From: a bacterium
Lineage (GTDB): Bacteria > Patescibacteriota > Minisyncoccia > Phycocordibacterales > UBA5272
Reading direction: 5' to 3'
Assembly: GCA_023267535.1 (NCBI GenBank)
Contig: JAHFNC010000003.1
Span: 380-64,379 of the forward strand
Length of the DNA: 64,000 nucleotides
Part shown: positions 20,411 through 30,900 of the stretch, one piece after another
How the letters are laid out: each line of letters opens with the position of its first letter
Numbering within the stretch: position 1 is the first letter of the stretch
Made by a program: the position numbers and the translations under genes
The notes under the pieces: model-generated
Told to the model about the DNA's origin: nothing
What the model saw: only the letters and a program-made list of their open reading frames with translations
The model's database searches: none

Positions 20411-23125
20411 CTAAATTTGATATTTCTTGAGTATCTCTTGCTCTACCTCTTCTTTCGGTCTGCCAAATTTCAAATAGCTTAATTCTTTTAATTTTTCAAT
20501 ATTTGCAATGTCCCCTTTTGGAGAATTGGAAACGGAAATATCAAACGGCTTTTTCGGTTCGCCATTTACCAACATCTTCACATAAGCGTGGTAGTTTTCT
20601 ATTTTAATAATATCGTTAGCGGTAAATGTTGGGGTAAATTGTGTTTCTAAATATTTAGCATCGTCTGGACCAACACGATAAACAATCATTGAGCCCACGT
20701 TTCCAAACACCGCACCTTTTATATCATCTTGTAATTGTCCGATGTATTGATGAGCGATATTTAACGACATTCTGTATTTTCTGGCTTCGGATAAAATTGT
20801 AGAAATGGCTGAAGTGGTAATATTTTGAAATTCATCAATGTAAAAATAAAAATCAGGTCTGACTGCAGTATCAACTCTAGAAAGGGCTGCTTGTAAAAAT
20901 TTTCCAACAATAATTAGACCAAGTAAATTTGAGTTTACATCTCCTAATCTTCCTTTAGAAAGATTTACTAAGAAGATTTTTTTATTATCCATAATGTCAC
21001 GGAAATTAAAAGATGATTTTTCTTGAGCAATTATTGGACGCATAATGTCGTTTGATATAAAGATATCAAACTTATTGGTGACATATTGTGTCCAGTTTGC
21101 TAGACCCTGCTCACCTGTTGTCTTCTCGGCATTTTGCCAAAATTGTATGAGGATTGGATTTTTTGATTTTGATAATTTGTAATCTCTAAAATCTTTATCA
21201 GAAAATACGCGAGCGATTTCAAGCAAGGTGTTGCCACCTGACTCAGGAGACTCCATTACAAGCAATGTAGCGTTTCTAAAATACTGTTCAAAGCCAGGAC
21301 CACCAGATGTCTTCATATCAAAGAGCTTATTAAATATTCCAAGCAATTCGTTTACAATAAAAGTTTTTTGTTCCGGAAAATTTTTGTCATACTCAAGCAT
21401 ATTTAGTCCCATCGGTCTTTCTATATGACTTGGGTCAAAATAAATAACATCGTCTAATCTCTCTTTTGGTATGTTGGCTAAAATATCTAAAATATCATTA
21501 CCGTGTGGATCAATAAAACAGCAACCATCGCCATTTTTTATATCTTGAATAACTAAATTTTTCAGAATTGTCGTTTTACCGGTTCCAGTCTGACCAATAA
21601 CATAAAGATGTCTCATTCTATCTTCACGAGCAAAGTGAATAACTTGCTCTCCGACGTTTGATTTGTTAATACCTAAAATAACTCCCTCTTGTGGCATATC
21701 TGGCGAAGCACTTCCCGTCGCACTCTTTGACTGCATGATATTATCTAGCCCTCTTTTTTGTGTTGGTATATGATAAATACTAGCTAACTCTTCCAAATTA
21801 AGTGGGCAAGATTCGTCATCACTCCAAAGTCTATAAGAAAATCTGTGTAGCATTGCTTTTTGTTTTCTGCCTTCAACTTCTTTAAATAAAAAGCTATTGC
21901 CGTTTACATTATTAAACTGCATAAACGAGGCTTCCAAGTCTCTTCTAATGTTTTCCGCTCTTTGTAATGAATCAGATGATGCAATAATACGAACATTGGT
22001 CTCCATTATAGTTCTCTCTAATTTTTGTTGGATTAGTTTAGTGGCGATTTCGTCAGTGTGAGTTAATTTATCTTTTTTCTCTTCTTCTTGTTCTTCTTTT
22101 GATTTTGGAGAAGATAACATTGTACCCATAATTCTAAATGACTCTTTCAAAAAGTCCTGCTTATCTAGTGCTCTTTTTAAAGTCTCGCCTTTTCTTAAAT
22201 CATCTAATATTTGTCCATACTTTTTTGAAAAAATATCTCCAGCTGGTCTGACTAAGATTTGAATAGCTAACCCTTCCATATCTTTTCTGATTTTTGTAAA
22301 AGAAGAAATAATTATAGAGAGTGGGTCACCTTCTAATTCTTTATAAGTTTTAATTGGTAGAGCTCCTGTCTTGGAAAGAGTAGCATAAGAACAAGAAGTC
22401 ATCGAATTTTTATGGAAAATATTATAATCTTCTTTGCATTCTGTAATTTGGGCATTCGGGAACACTCCTTGCACCACCTTTTCAAAAATATTTTTATAAT
22501 CAACATGCACAGCGCAATAAAAAGACATCACGGTAGTGCCGTTGGAAACTGATAATTCCAACGAATAATAATTTTTGTCTTTATTAGCTGGGTCAGAAGA
22601 TAGTCCTTGCATAGAGGCATACCACTGTTCCATAAGAGCAATCATTTCTTTAGCTTGCTTTGTTTCCTCTCCGTCTTTTTCTGGAAGAACTATTTGAAAC
22701 AACACAAAGTGAAGCGCTTTCCACTCATCTTTTGACAAATCATTTTTTGGATTAGCGCCAGACAATAAATATTGCACTAAGTATCTTTCAAAATCATCAT
22801 CGATTTGTGGATCATTTAATTTTTCAACTACACTTAGTGCATTTTTAATCCCCTTGTCGGCCATCACCTGAATAATCATTTTTACTTTCTCGTCAGTATC
22901 GCGTGGTGTAAGCCAAGTAAGTAACCTGTGTTCTTCACTGCTGGTAATTCTTTTATCATCTGGAACGAGAACTTCAATTGGAGTTTCTCTAAATTCTCGC
23001 AAGGCTTCGTGGGCATGATTCTTCTCGGTAAATCTATCTTCAAAACCTTTTGCTTTTTCCATTTTTTCGGAAATAGAAGAACGTAAATTGGCAACTTCGC
23101 CCTCTAAAAGATTATCAGTATTCAT
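20411..23125 (-). CDS. TraG/TraD/VirD4-like (FtsK-HerA superfamily) P-loop ATPase, 904 aa, no N-terminal TM
   Basis: C-terminal half has YVIGQTGTGKT Walker A, FYIDEFQN Walker-B-like and an RVGPDD motif typical of T4SS coupling-protein-like ATPases. The N-terminal ~480 aa have no clear match to a known family. Confidence 0.5.
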   Translation of the reverse strand: MNTDNLLEGEVANLRSSISEKMEKAKGFEDRFTEKNHAHEALREFRETPIEVLVPDDKRITSSEEHRLLTWLTPRDTDEKVKMIIQVMADKGIKNALSVVEKLNDPQIDDDFERYLVQYLLSGANPKNDLSKDEWKALHFVLFQIVLPEKDGEETKQAKEMIALMEQWYASMQGLSSDPANKDKNYYSLELSVSNGTTVMSFYCAVHVDYKNIFEKVVQGVFPNAQITECKEDYNIFHKNSMTSCSYATLSKTGALPIKTYKELEGDPLSIIISSFTKIRKDMEGLAIQILVRPAGDIFSKKYGQILDDLRKGETLKRALDKQDFLKESFRIMGTMLSSPKSKEEQEEEKKDKLTHTDEIATKLIQQKLERTIMETNVRIIASSDSLQRAENIRRDLEASFMQFNNVNGNSFLFKEVEGRKQKAMLHRFSYRLWSDDESCPLNLEELASIYHIPTQKRGLDNIMQSKSATGSASPDMPQEGVILGINKSNVGEQVIHFAREDRMRHLYVIGQTGTGKTTILKNLVIQDIKNGDGCCFIDPHGNDILDILANIPKERLDDVIYFDPSHIERPMGLNMLEYDKNFPEQKTFIVNELLGIFNKLFDMKTSGGPGFEQYFRNATLLVMESPESGGNTLLEIARVFSDKDFRDYKLSKSKNPILIQFWQNAEKTTGEQGLANWTQYVTNKFDIFISNDIMRPIIAQEKSSFNFRDIMDNKKIFLVNLSKGRLGDVNSNLLGLIIVGKFLQAALSRVDTAVRPDFYFYIDEFQNITTSAISTILSEARKYRMSLNIAHQYIGQLQDDIKGAVFGNVGSMIVYRVGPDDAKYLETQFTPTFTANDIIKIENYHAYVKMLVNGEPKKPFDISVSNSPKGDIANIEKLKELSYLKFGRPKEEVEQEILKKYQI

Positions 23126-23156
23126 TAGAACATTATAACAAGAGAAACTAGAAAAA

Positions 23157-23930
23157 TTAATTGAGTTTAGTTAATATCTCAGGCTTGCCATCAGTTATTA
23201 AAATACTATGTTCAAAATGGGCAGAATTTTTATGGTCAGCGGTTACAAAGGTGTAACCATCATCGTCCAAATAAACATCGTCGGTGCCCAGATTTATCAT
23301 TGGCTCAAGAGCTAAAACCATTCCTGAAACAAGTTTCGGTCCTTTTATTCCATCATCAAAATTTGGAACATTTGGCTCTTCGTGAGCTTGAAAACCAACA
23401 CCATGGCCACAAAGGATTTTTACTACTCCATATTTCTTTGGAACTGAATTTCCGATGGCTTTGGATACATCGTTTACATAATTCCCAGCACGACACGCTT
23501 TTATTCCAGAAAATAGCGCTTGTTTGGTCACCTCTAGTAACTTTTTATTTTCATCACTTATTTCTCCAACTGCAACGGTAACTGCCATATCGGAATACAT
23601 TCCATTGTGAACAAGTCCTCCGTCTAATCCGACAATATCCCCTTCCTTCAAAACTCTATCACCGGGAATTCCATGAACAACCTCGTCGTTTACAGAAACA
23701 CAAATACTTCCAGGATATGGATAGTCCGCACCGAACGGTTGGTAATTTAAAAACGATGGTTTGTCACCCCCTTCAATTGTTCTTTGATAAACAAAGTTAT
23801 CAATTTCTTTGGTGGTTATTCCGGGCTTAATTATTTTTTTTAAGTCATCAATAATAAGCGCCAATCTTTTACAAGATTCACGAAGATTTTCTAAATCTTT
23901 TCCAGTTTTTAATCTTATTTCTTTTTTCAT
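23157..23930 (-). CDS. map: methionine aminopeptidase type I
   Basis: Pita-bread fold motifs (…VHGIPGDRVLKEGDIVGLDGG…HGVGFQAHEEP…) and metal ligands. Confidence 0.9.
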   Translation of the reverse strand: MKKEIRLKTGKDLENLRESCKRLALIIDDLKKIIKPGITTKEIDNFVYQRTIEGGDKPSFLNYQPFGADYPYPGSICVSVNDEVVHGIPGDRVLKEGDIVGLDGGLVHNGMYSDMAVTVAVGEISDENKKLLEVTKQALFSGIKACRAGNYVNDVSKAIGNSVPKKYGVVKILCGHGVGFQAHEEPNVPNFDDGIKGPKLVSGMVLALEPMINLGTDDVYLDDDGYTFVTADHKNSAHFEHSILITDGKPEILTKLN

Positions 23931-23934
23931 TTAA

Positions 23935-24531
23935 CTAATTAAATATATCTAATTTGGAAACAATTTCTTTGTGAACATCTTCTATAGTCTGCTCGCCATT
24001 TATTTGTAAAAATTTATATCTGCTATCATTTTTGTAAGACTCAACAACAGGAATTACATCAGTTTCAAACCATTCCATTCTTTTAGCAACACTTTCCGCT
24101 CCGATATCATCTTTTCTTCCTCTGCCTGCCAATCTTTCCTTTGACCAATTTTCGGAAACATCAACATAAATAACATACAACTCTTCGTAGCCGATAAAAC
24201 TAAGAGCGTTATGTAGGACATTGACTTCAAATAACTTTCTTGGAGCACCGTCTAAAATAACAGAATCTTCTTCTTGAACAGTGTTGATGAAAATGTCTGA
24301 CCAATTCCAAATCGCTAAAAATTCTGGTTGAAGTCTGCCGGTTTCATCGGCGTGTCTAGATAAAGTTGAAATAAAAGAATCACCTTTCATAAACTCACGA
24401 AAACCATCTCCAGTTGAGATATGTTTTATATTCACGCCAAAATCAGTCTCAACTTTTTTCTGAAGCAATTCCGCCTGTGTCCCCTTTCCAGAACCAGACC
24501 TGCCAATCATAATAAATAACTTTTTATTCAT
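23935..24531 (-). CDS. adk: adenylate kinase
   Basis: GRSGSGKGTQ P-loop, ISTGD, ILDGAPR and RxDD motifs. Canonical position after secY/map. Confidence 0.8.
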   Translation of the reverse strand: MNKKLFIMIGRSGSGKGTQAELLQKKVETDFGVNIKHISTGDGFREFMKGDSFISTLSRHADETGRLQPEFLAIWNWSDIFINTVQEEDSVILDGAPRKLFEVNVLHNALSFIGYEELYVIYVDVSENWSKERLAGRGRKDDIGAESVAKRMEWFETDVIPVVESYKNDSRYKFLQINGEQTIEDVHKEIVSKLDIFN

Positions 24532-24617
24532 TGCTTTATACTAACAAAAAAACTGATAAATTAAAACCAAGAAAAAACTCCCGCCGAGCGAGAGTTTTTT
24601 ATGTCATTTATATTATT

Positions 24618-27600
24618 TTAATTCCCACAACTAAGTGTTCTGATACTATCTCTAGTTACTTGTCCTACTTGACCTGTAACTATTAAGTTTTTATCTGTTT
24701 GGAATGATTTTACTGATTGTTCTGTTACTTTTCCGAATATTCCTGTTAAATCTTCTTTGAAGTACCCTCTTTCCTTCAAAAATAGCTGAAGTCTGGTTAC
24801 TTCACCACTTGTTTCTTTGTCTGTTATACCTAACGACATATGATTGTTTAGATTGATGCAGATGTTTTTAGTTGAGGCGCCGAGGACCTGACTTTGAGTA
24901 CTTAGTAGTCCTAGGGAAGCATTGTAGGTCCCTGAACAAATAGTAGGACTACTTCCACAAGTCCATTTATAGAGGCCATTAGCTGGTGCCACCGGACTAT
25001 CAGAAGTAAATGTTGGTTGACCACCATTAGCACAATATGTTTTAGAAGCTAATAAGGTTGTACCTACTGTTTGACCATTAAGAGTTCCACAGGGTGAAGC
25101 GACCTCGGGAGAAACAGTTATATTTATGTATTTGTATGAATACAATCCATTTGAATTATTAACACACCTTATTCCAAATTGAGTATTGGTATATAAATTT
25201 ACAGTCGTTGCTGTACCATTTGTTTGTAAAGGCCCACCAGCACCCAAATTACCACCAGCCGCATAACAAGTAACATAAATGATATCAGTTGAAGGTATTG
25301 TTGTAACCGCCCACGTAATCGTGGCTGTACCGCCAAAAGGAATAGTTGTATCAGGAGATAAAGTAATGGTTGGAGCACCTGACTGACTACTTGTTTGATT
25401 TTGTACGTTAACTGTAAAATACTTTGTTATTGGTTGACTGTTTCCATTTACACATCTAATTCCATATTGAGTTGTAGTATATAGATTTGGCGTTGTCCAC
25501 GTACCACTATTAGCAGGAACATCACCAGATGTTAAATTGCCCCCGGCTACTACACAAGTAGATGTTGTTGGTGAGACAATCCACGTTATTGTTGAAGTGT
25601 TACCAAATGAAATTGTATCTGAGTCTTTGGAGAGGGTTATGGTTGGAGAAGTGGCGGTTACACTATTGGCGACAGGCGCAACTGTATTACCTGAAGCTGA
25701 AGGACTAGCTACAACAGTGAAAGTAAATGGGGTCATGCCGGTACACGAAATTACGTTAATACCTACTGATGCGTTACCAGAACCAGGATTAAAGAAACTT
25801 GAAGCAGGGCCGTTGTTCCATGACCATGTACAATTTACTACAGCACCAGAATTACTAAAAAACCATGTCCATGGTAAAAGAGAGCCGTCTGCGGGTGCAA
25901 CTACAGTGTCACCACTAGATATAACATGACCGCCTAAAGTAACTGAAGCAACAGCCCCTGATGAATTACTTGTAGCTTGAGCCCCAACCACAACATTGAA
26001 AGCAAACTGTGTTCCACCAGGACATGTGTATGTATAGCTACCTGCGTTACTACTATTTACTGTACTTGAATAACCGATTTGGTTGTTGAAGTTCGAATTT
26101 GAAACAAGACTACCATTACCGCCAAGAGTACAAGCCATATTACTACCTGAACTAAAGCCGAGTAATACGGAACCGTTGTAAGGAATAGTGACAGTTCCCC
26201 CGTTAGAGACAGAATTGCCGTTTGCGGTGAGTGAAGGTGCGTGGGTTGAGGAAGTTGTAGTGGTGGTGTTAGGACTACTAACAACATATGTAACTCCGTT
26301 TGAGTTTATGGTACTTCCATCTGATTTATGACAAGTAGCTACTTGAGTAAAGGTACCAGACTGTCCTGCTGTGTTTATAGAAATAACACTGTCTGTGATG
26401 GGTGTGACCACACCACTTATAGGCATAGTACAACTACTTGCTCCATTAGAATGGAAAGTTAAATTAACAGTTTGTCCTGCTGTGGGAGTGGTGGTGTTGA
26501 TGCTTAATGTAGGGGCGGTAGTTTGAGAGCCAGTTACAATGGTAAAAGTAAACGGGGTCATGCCGGCACACGAAATTACATTAACTCCTACTGATGCGAT
26601 ACCATAACTAGGACTAGCTAATCTGGTAGGAGAGCCGTTATTCAATGACCAAGTACAATATGTTCCAGCTCCAAAATCCCATGTCCATGCCATAGGAGAA
26701 CCGTCTGCGGGGCCGGCTATGGTATCGCCATTAGAGATAGGATTAGCGTTCAAAGTAACTACTCTTGAGTTACTCGTAGTCTGAGTCCCCGCCACAACAT
26801 TGAAAGCAAACTGTGTTCCACCAGGACATGTGTATGTATAGCTACCTGCGTTACTACTATTTACTGTACTTGAATAACCGATTTGGTTGTTGAAGTTCGA
26901 ATTTGAAACAAGACTACCATTACCGCCAAGAGTACAAGCCATATTACTACCTGAACTAAAGCCGAGTAATACGGAACCGTTGTAAGGAATAGTGACAGTT
27001 CCCCCGTTAGAGACAGAATTGCCGTTTGCGGTGAGTGAAGGTGCGTGGGTTGAGGAAGTTGTAGTGGTGGTGTTAGGACTACTAACAACATATGTAACTC
27101 CGTTTGAGTTTATGGTACTTCCATCTGATTTATGACAAGTAGCTACTTGAGTAAAGGTACCAGACTGTCCTGCTGTGTTTATAGAAATAACACTGTCTGT
27201 GATGGGTGTGACCACACCACTTATAGGCATAGTACAACTACTTGCTCCATTAGAATGGAAAGTTAAATTAACAGTTTGTCCTGCTGTGGGAGTGGTATTG
27301 TCTAGAGTTAAGGTTGGAGTGGTGATTGTGGTTGAGTTAGTGCTAGTTGAGTTAGTGCTGCCTGTACTTACCGCAACTGGAGTTGCACCATGACAAGAAA
27401 GGTACTTAATCTTTGCTCTGGTATATTGAAAAACATTACCACTTTGAGTTAATGGAAATCCTGTACTAGCTAATTGTTGTCTGTCACTAGCGCTTAAAAT
27501 ATTATCTATATCGCTTGCCAAAACATTTGAATACATTTGAGCCTGAAATGCCATTACAGCTTTTTGGGTTATTTTTCCGAAGACTGCCGGTTGGGTATCT

Positions 27601-27839
27601 GATAGTTGAGCATCTGGGAAAAAACCAGTGTCGTTTAAAAATGACTGTAATTTGTATATATCCCCATTAAGAGTTGTGTCTGACTGACCCTTAGAAAGAT
27701 TAGTTGTCAAAGAAAGACAAGTTGGCGTGTTATTTGTATTCGTTGATGTATCCCCTAACAATTGAGCAGAGGAGATGCTCGGGATAACAAAACTAACAAA
27801 AACAACTGAAACCAATATAGATTTAATATTTTTAAACAT
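24618..27839 (-). CDS. giant secreted surface protein (1073 aa) with N- and C-terminal Cys-bounded PG_binding_1-like domains and internal Ig-like repeats
   Basis: Signal peptide MFKNIKSILVSVVF… The C-terminal CINL…TRLQLFLKERGYF…FQTDKNL…SCGN and N-terminal …IYKLQSFLND…FQAQ… are PG-binding-like. The middle contains a perfect tandem duplication. Confidence 0.65.
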   Translation of the reverse strand: MFKNIKSILVSVVFVSFVIPSISSAQLLGDTSTNTNNTPTCLSLTTNLSKGQSDTTLNGDIYKLQSFLNDTGFFPDAQLSDTQPAVFGKITQKAVMAFQAQMYSNVLASDIDNILSASDRQQLASTGFPLTQSGNVFQYTRAKIKYLSCHGATPVAVSTGSTNSTSTNSTTITTPTLTLDNTTPTAGQTVNLTFHSNGASSCTMPISGVVTPITDSVISINTAGQSGTFTQVATCHKSDGSTINSNGVTYVVSSPNTTTTTSSTHAPSLTANGNSVSNGGTVTIPYNGSVLLGFSSGSNMACTLGGNGSLVSNSNFNNQIGYSSTVNSSNAGSYTYTCPGGTQFAFNVVAGTQTTSNSRVVTLNANPISNGDTIAGPADGSPMAWTWDFGAGTYCTWSLNNGSPTRLASPSYGIASVGVNVISCAGMTPFTFTIVTGSQTTAPTLSINTTTPTAGQTVNLTFHSNGASSCTMPISGVVTPITDSVISINTAGQSGTFTQVATCHKSDGSTINSNGVTYVVSSPNTTTTTSSTHAPSLTANGNSVSNGGTVTIPYNGSVLLGFSSGSNMACTLGGNGSLVSNSNFNNQIGYSSTVNSSNAGSYTYTCPGGTQFAFNVVVGAQATSNSSGAVASVTLGGHVISSGDTVVAPADGSLLPWTWFFSNSGAVVNCTWSWNNGPASSFFNPGSGNASVGINVISCTGMTPFTFTVVASPSASGNTVAPVANSVTATSPTITLSKDSDTISFGNTSTITWIVSPTTSTCVVAGGNLTSGDVPANSGTWTTPNLYTTTQYGIRCVNGNSQPITKYFTVNVQNQTSSQSGAPTITLSPDTTIPFGGTATITWAVTTIPSTDIIYVTCYAAGGNLGAGGPLQTNGTATTVNLYTNTQFGIRCVNNSNGLYSYKYINITVSPEVASPCGTLNGQTVGTTLLASKTYCANGGQPTFTSDSPVAPANGLYKWTCGSSPTICSGTYNASLGLLSTQSQVLGASTKNICINLNNHMSLGITDKETSGEVTRLQLFLKERGYFKEDLTGIFGKVTEQSVKSFQTDKNLIVTGQVGQVTRDSIRTLSCGN
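25990..27295 (-). repeat. intragenic tandem duplication, period ~804 nt, with two 100 %-identical ~500-nt copies (about 25990-26492 and 26793-27295)
   Basis: Identical nucleotide runs offset by ~803 nt. The shadow ORFs 26057..26287 and 26861..27091 are identical. The protein repeats …TPTAGQTVNLTFHSNGASSC…FAFNVV twice. Confidence 0.85.
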
Positions 27840-27950
27840 AATGCGATAAATTATTTATAATATATACATTATATCCTTTTATTTAAGGAAAAATTTAAAG
27901 CTATCAACATAGCAAAAACACCCTTTTAGGGTGTTTTTGTTTATATTATT

Positions 27951-30900
27951 TTAATTTCCACAACTTAACGATTTAATTGTATCTCTTGTTACTTGCCCTA
28001 CTTGGCCAGTAACTATTAAGTTTTTATCTGTTTGGAAGGATTTTACCGCACTTTCTGTTACTTTTCCAAATATTCCTGTTATATCTTCTTTAAAGTATCC
28101 TCTTTCTTTTAGGAAGAGCTGAAGTCTTGTTACTTCGCCACTTGTTTCTTTATCGGTTATACCGAGAGACATATGTTGTCCTAGATTAATACAGATGTTG
28201 GATATGGAAGCGCCGTGAACTGCTCCACAAGAGAAAGTTGGCCAGTTAGAAGCATTGGAACAACCATTGCTGTTACAAGCGTGAACCCATGTGGCATAAC
28301 TATGACCAGCCACACCTGCCCAACTGTGTGAGGTAGAAGTTTCATTATTATTACAATAATTTCCTCCATTTTCAGCGGTAGAACAAGTTCCAGTCCAAAT
28401 ACCTGCGGTTGTGTCATTTATTCTTGTTTGATAGAAAGTAGCACCAGATACTGCCCCCCAACTGATAGAAGCGGATGTTCCGGAACAGGACGGTACATTA
28501 CTACCACTGCTAGCTGGTACAGCTGGAATTGAGTTTGTGGCTGGGGCAGGAGCAGATGCCTGAGCTACTGGGCAAGCTCCGTTTACTGGTGTTTGTCCTT
28601 GTGGACATATTGTTGTCGTACATCCTCCGTTATATATTGCTTGACCTTGACCACACACAGCAAGGGTTGCTGTTACAGCAGTAGATATTCCGGTTGAGCC
28701 GTAACAAGTAACAGTTGTAGTTAATCCATTTGGATAACTAGCACCAGAAAGTGTCATTGAATATGTAGCTGGAGCGTTATTCCAAGGACTTGATCCGTCT
28801 GGATGACTCACGTTACAGTAAGATGCGTTTGCAGTCCAGCCGAAAGTGGCACTTTGTGTAGACAAAATTGGTGAAGCGCTAAAGTTTGGTGGAGTAGTAA
28901 AGCTTGGTTGAGTTGGAGCTGTAGTTGTGGTTGTGGTTGTATTAGCTGGTGCGGAAGCTTGAGCTTGAGGACAAGAGAACGCTGGCCAACTAGAACCATT
29001 GGAGCAACCATTGTTGTTACAAGCTTGAACCCATGTAGTATAACTGTGACCAGCTACGCCTGTCCAAGTATGTGGGTTTATTGTGTCATTATTATTACAA
29101 TAATTACCTCCATTTTCGGAAGTAGAACAACTTCCAGTCCAAGTACCGGCTGTTGTGTCATTTATTCTTGTCATGTAGTAAGTGGCGCCAGTCGCTCCTT
29201 GCCAACCAATAGAAGCTGATGTTCCAGAACAGGATCCACTGCTAGTTGGTACAGCTGGAATAGTATTTGTGACTGTGGCAGTTTGTGCTGTAGCGAAATT
29301 AAGACCAAAACTAAATGTTGCTGAGCCAGTAGTGTTGCTACAAGTATAAGTATAAGTACCTATATTAGTTGAAGCTGTAACTGAAGTTGGTGGTGTTCCT
29401 CCATTTACAGAACATGTTCCTTGCCCTCCTGTATTTCCATATGTTATAGAAGCAGTACTACCAGAAGCGATTTGAGCAGTTCCAGAATTAGAAAGAGGTG
29501 TTCCATTTACAGATACTGTTGGAACAGGAAGTGGTGTTGCTTGGGTATTGGCTACCGTAGCAGGAACATTAATTGTCACAGAACTCCAAGAGCTACATAC
29601 GTTGGTTCCAGCATTACATGCTTTTACATAAGCGGTGTGAGATGTTGCAGATGTCGAAGGAGTAAAACTAGAAAGAGGTATTGACCAGCTTGAAGAAGTA
29701 TTTACAGAACCACCAGCACTAGTACCTGCATCAATAGCATTGTAGTAATCAATTCCAGAAACACGTGACCAAGATACCGTGTAATAAGTACTAGTTACTG
29801 ATGTTGTGAGAGCTGGAGCTGTTGGAGCTGTTGTTGTAACAGGATTTGCTTGAGCTGTTCCTAAATTAACAGTGAGCGCTCCACTTGTAAGTAATGTCCC
29901 TATCGAGTTATATACACTTACTGTATATGCCCCTGAAGGAAGGTCGGTCATTGGTGTCCCCGACCAAGAACCATTAGTAACGGTAAGTGGTCCTGATCCT
30001 GCAATCATACTTCCATTATTAGTATTTATGAAGCTGACGTATACAGTTGATACATTGGCTGTTCCAGAAATTAAAGGACGAGCGGTTGAGGCTGTTTGAG
30101 ATTGTTGACTAAGGGTTGTTGAGTTTGTGTTTGTATTTGCAGTTGTTGATGGTTTTGAAACAGTAATATTTGCTATGCCAAGTATTTGTCCGGTACTACT
30201 AACTAAGCGAGCTTGATAAGTATCTGGACTCCTATTGTCACCCATAGAGTTTTGCCATATATATGAATATGTTGCTTGAGATCCCGCTCCAAGAGTTGTG
30301 CATGCTCCGATTGGACTTGTCGGATATGAAGGGTCTGCTACAGAAGAGCATCGATTAGCATTACCACCTGCATACATAAGTGTATAAGGAGAATTTGGTG
30401 CATTTGCTGGCACTGAACTAGAAAATGTAACTGCGAGTGGAGATACTCCCGATACATTTGATGCTGAAAGATATATTTGTGGAACATCTGTCACAGTAAT
30501 TGGACCACTAACTGCTAGCGGTGTTGAATTAGTTACAAGAGACTGAAGACTACAAGTACCACTGGTATTTGAGCTACAACCAGCTGATGTGTATTTGTGA
30601 AGTGTTGCCGTGTAGATTATTGAAGTTTGTAAATTAGCAGTCCTAACAGCTTGAGCCGCTTGATACACATGTGATGCCCCTGCAGTTGTACAAGAAGTTG
30701 CTGAAGTACAACCCGAAGCAATAACTGATGGCGATGAACCATCTCCCCAATCAATAGCGTAAGCTTCGGAGGCAGTGGTTATTTGTAAATTATTTGCAGT
30801 TAGACTAATAGAAAGCGGAGCAGAGCCAGATGGGGCTGACCCAAACGATGTAACTGTAAGCGTTGGAGTGTTACCTGTATTCTGATTCTGGACTTGAGCT

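Noticed and set aside
25990-27295. Possible CRISPR array or diversity-generating retroelement (TR/VR) to explain the perfect repeats
   Set aside because: The repeats are ~500 nt long, in-frame protein-coding duplications without short spacers. No cas genes and no reverse transcriptase are present in the window.
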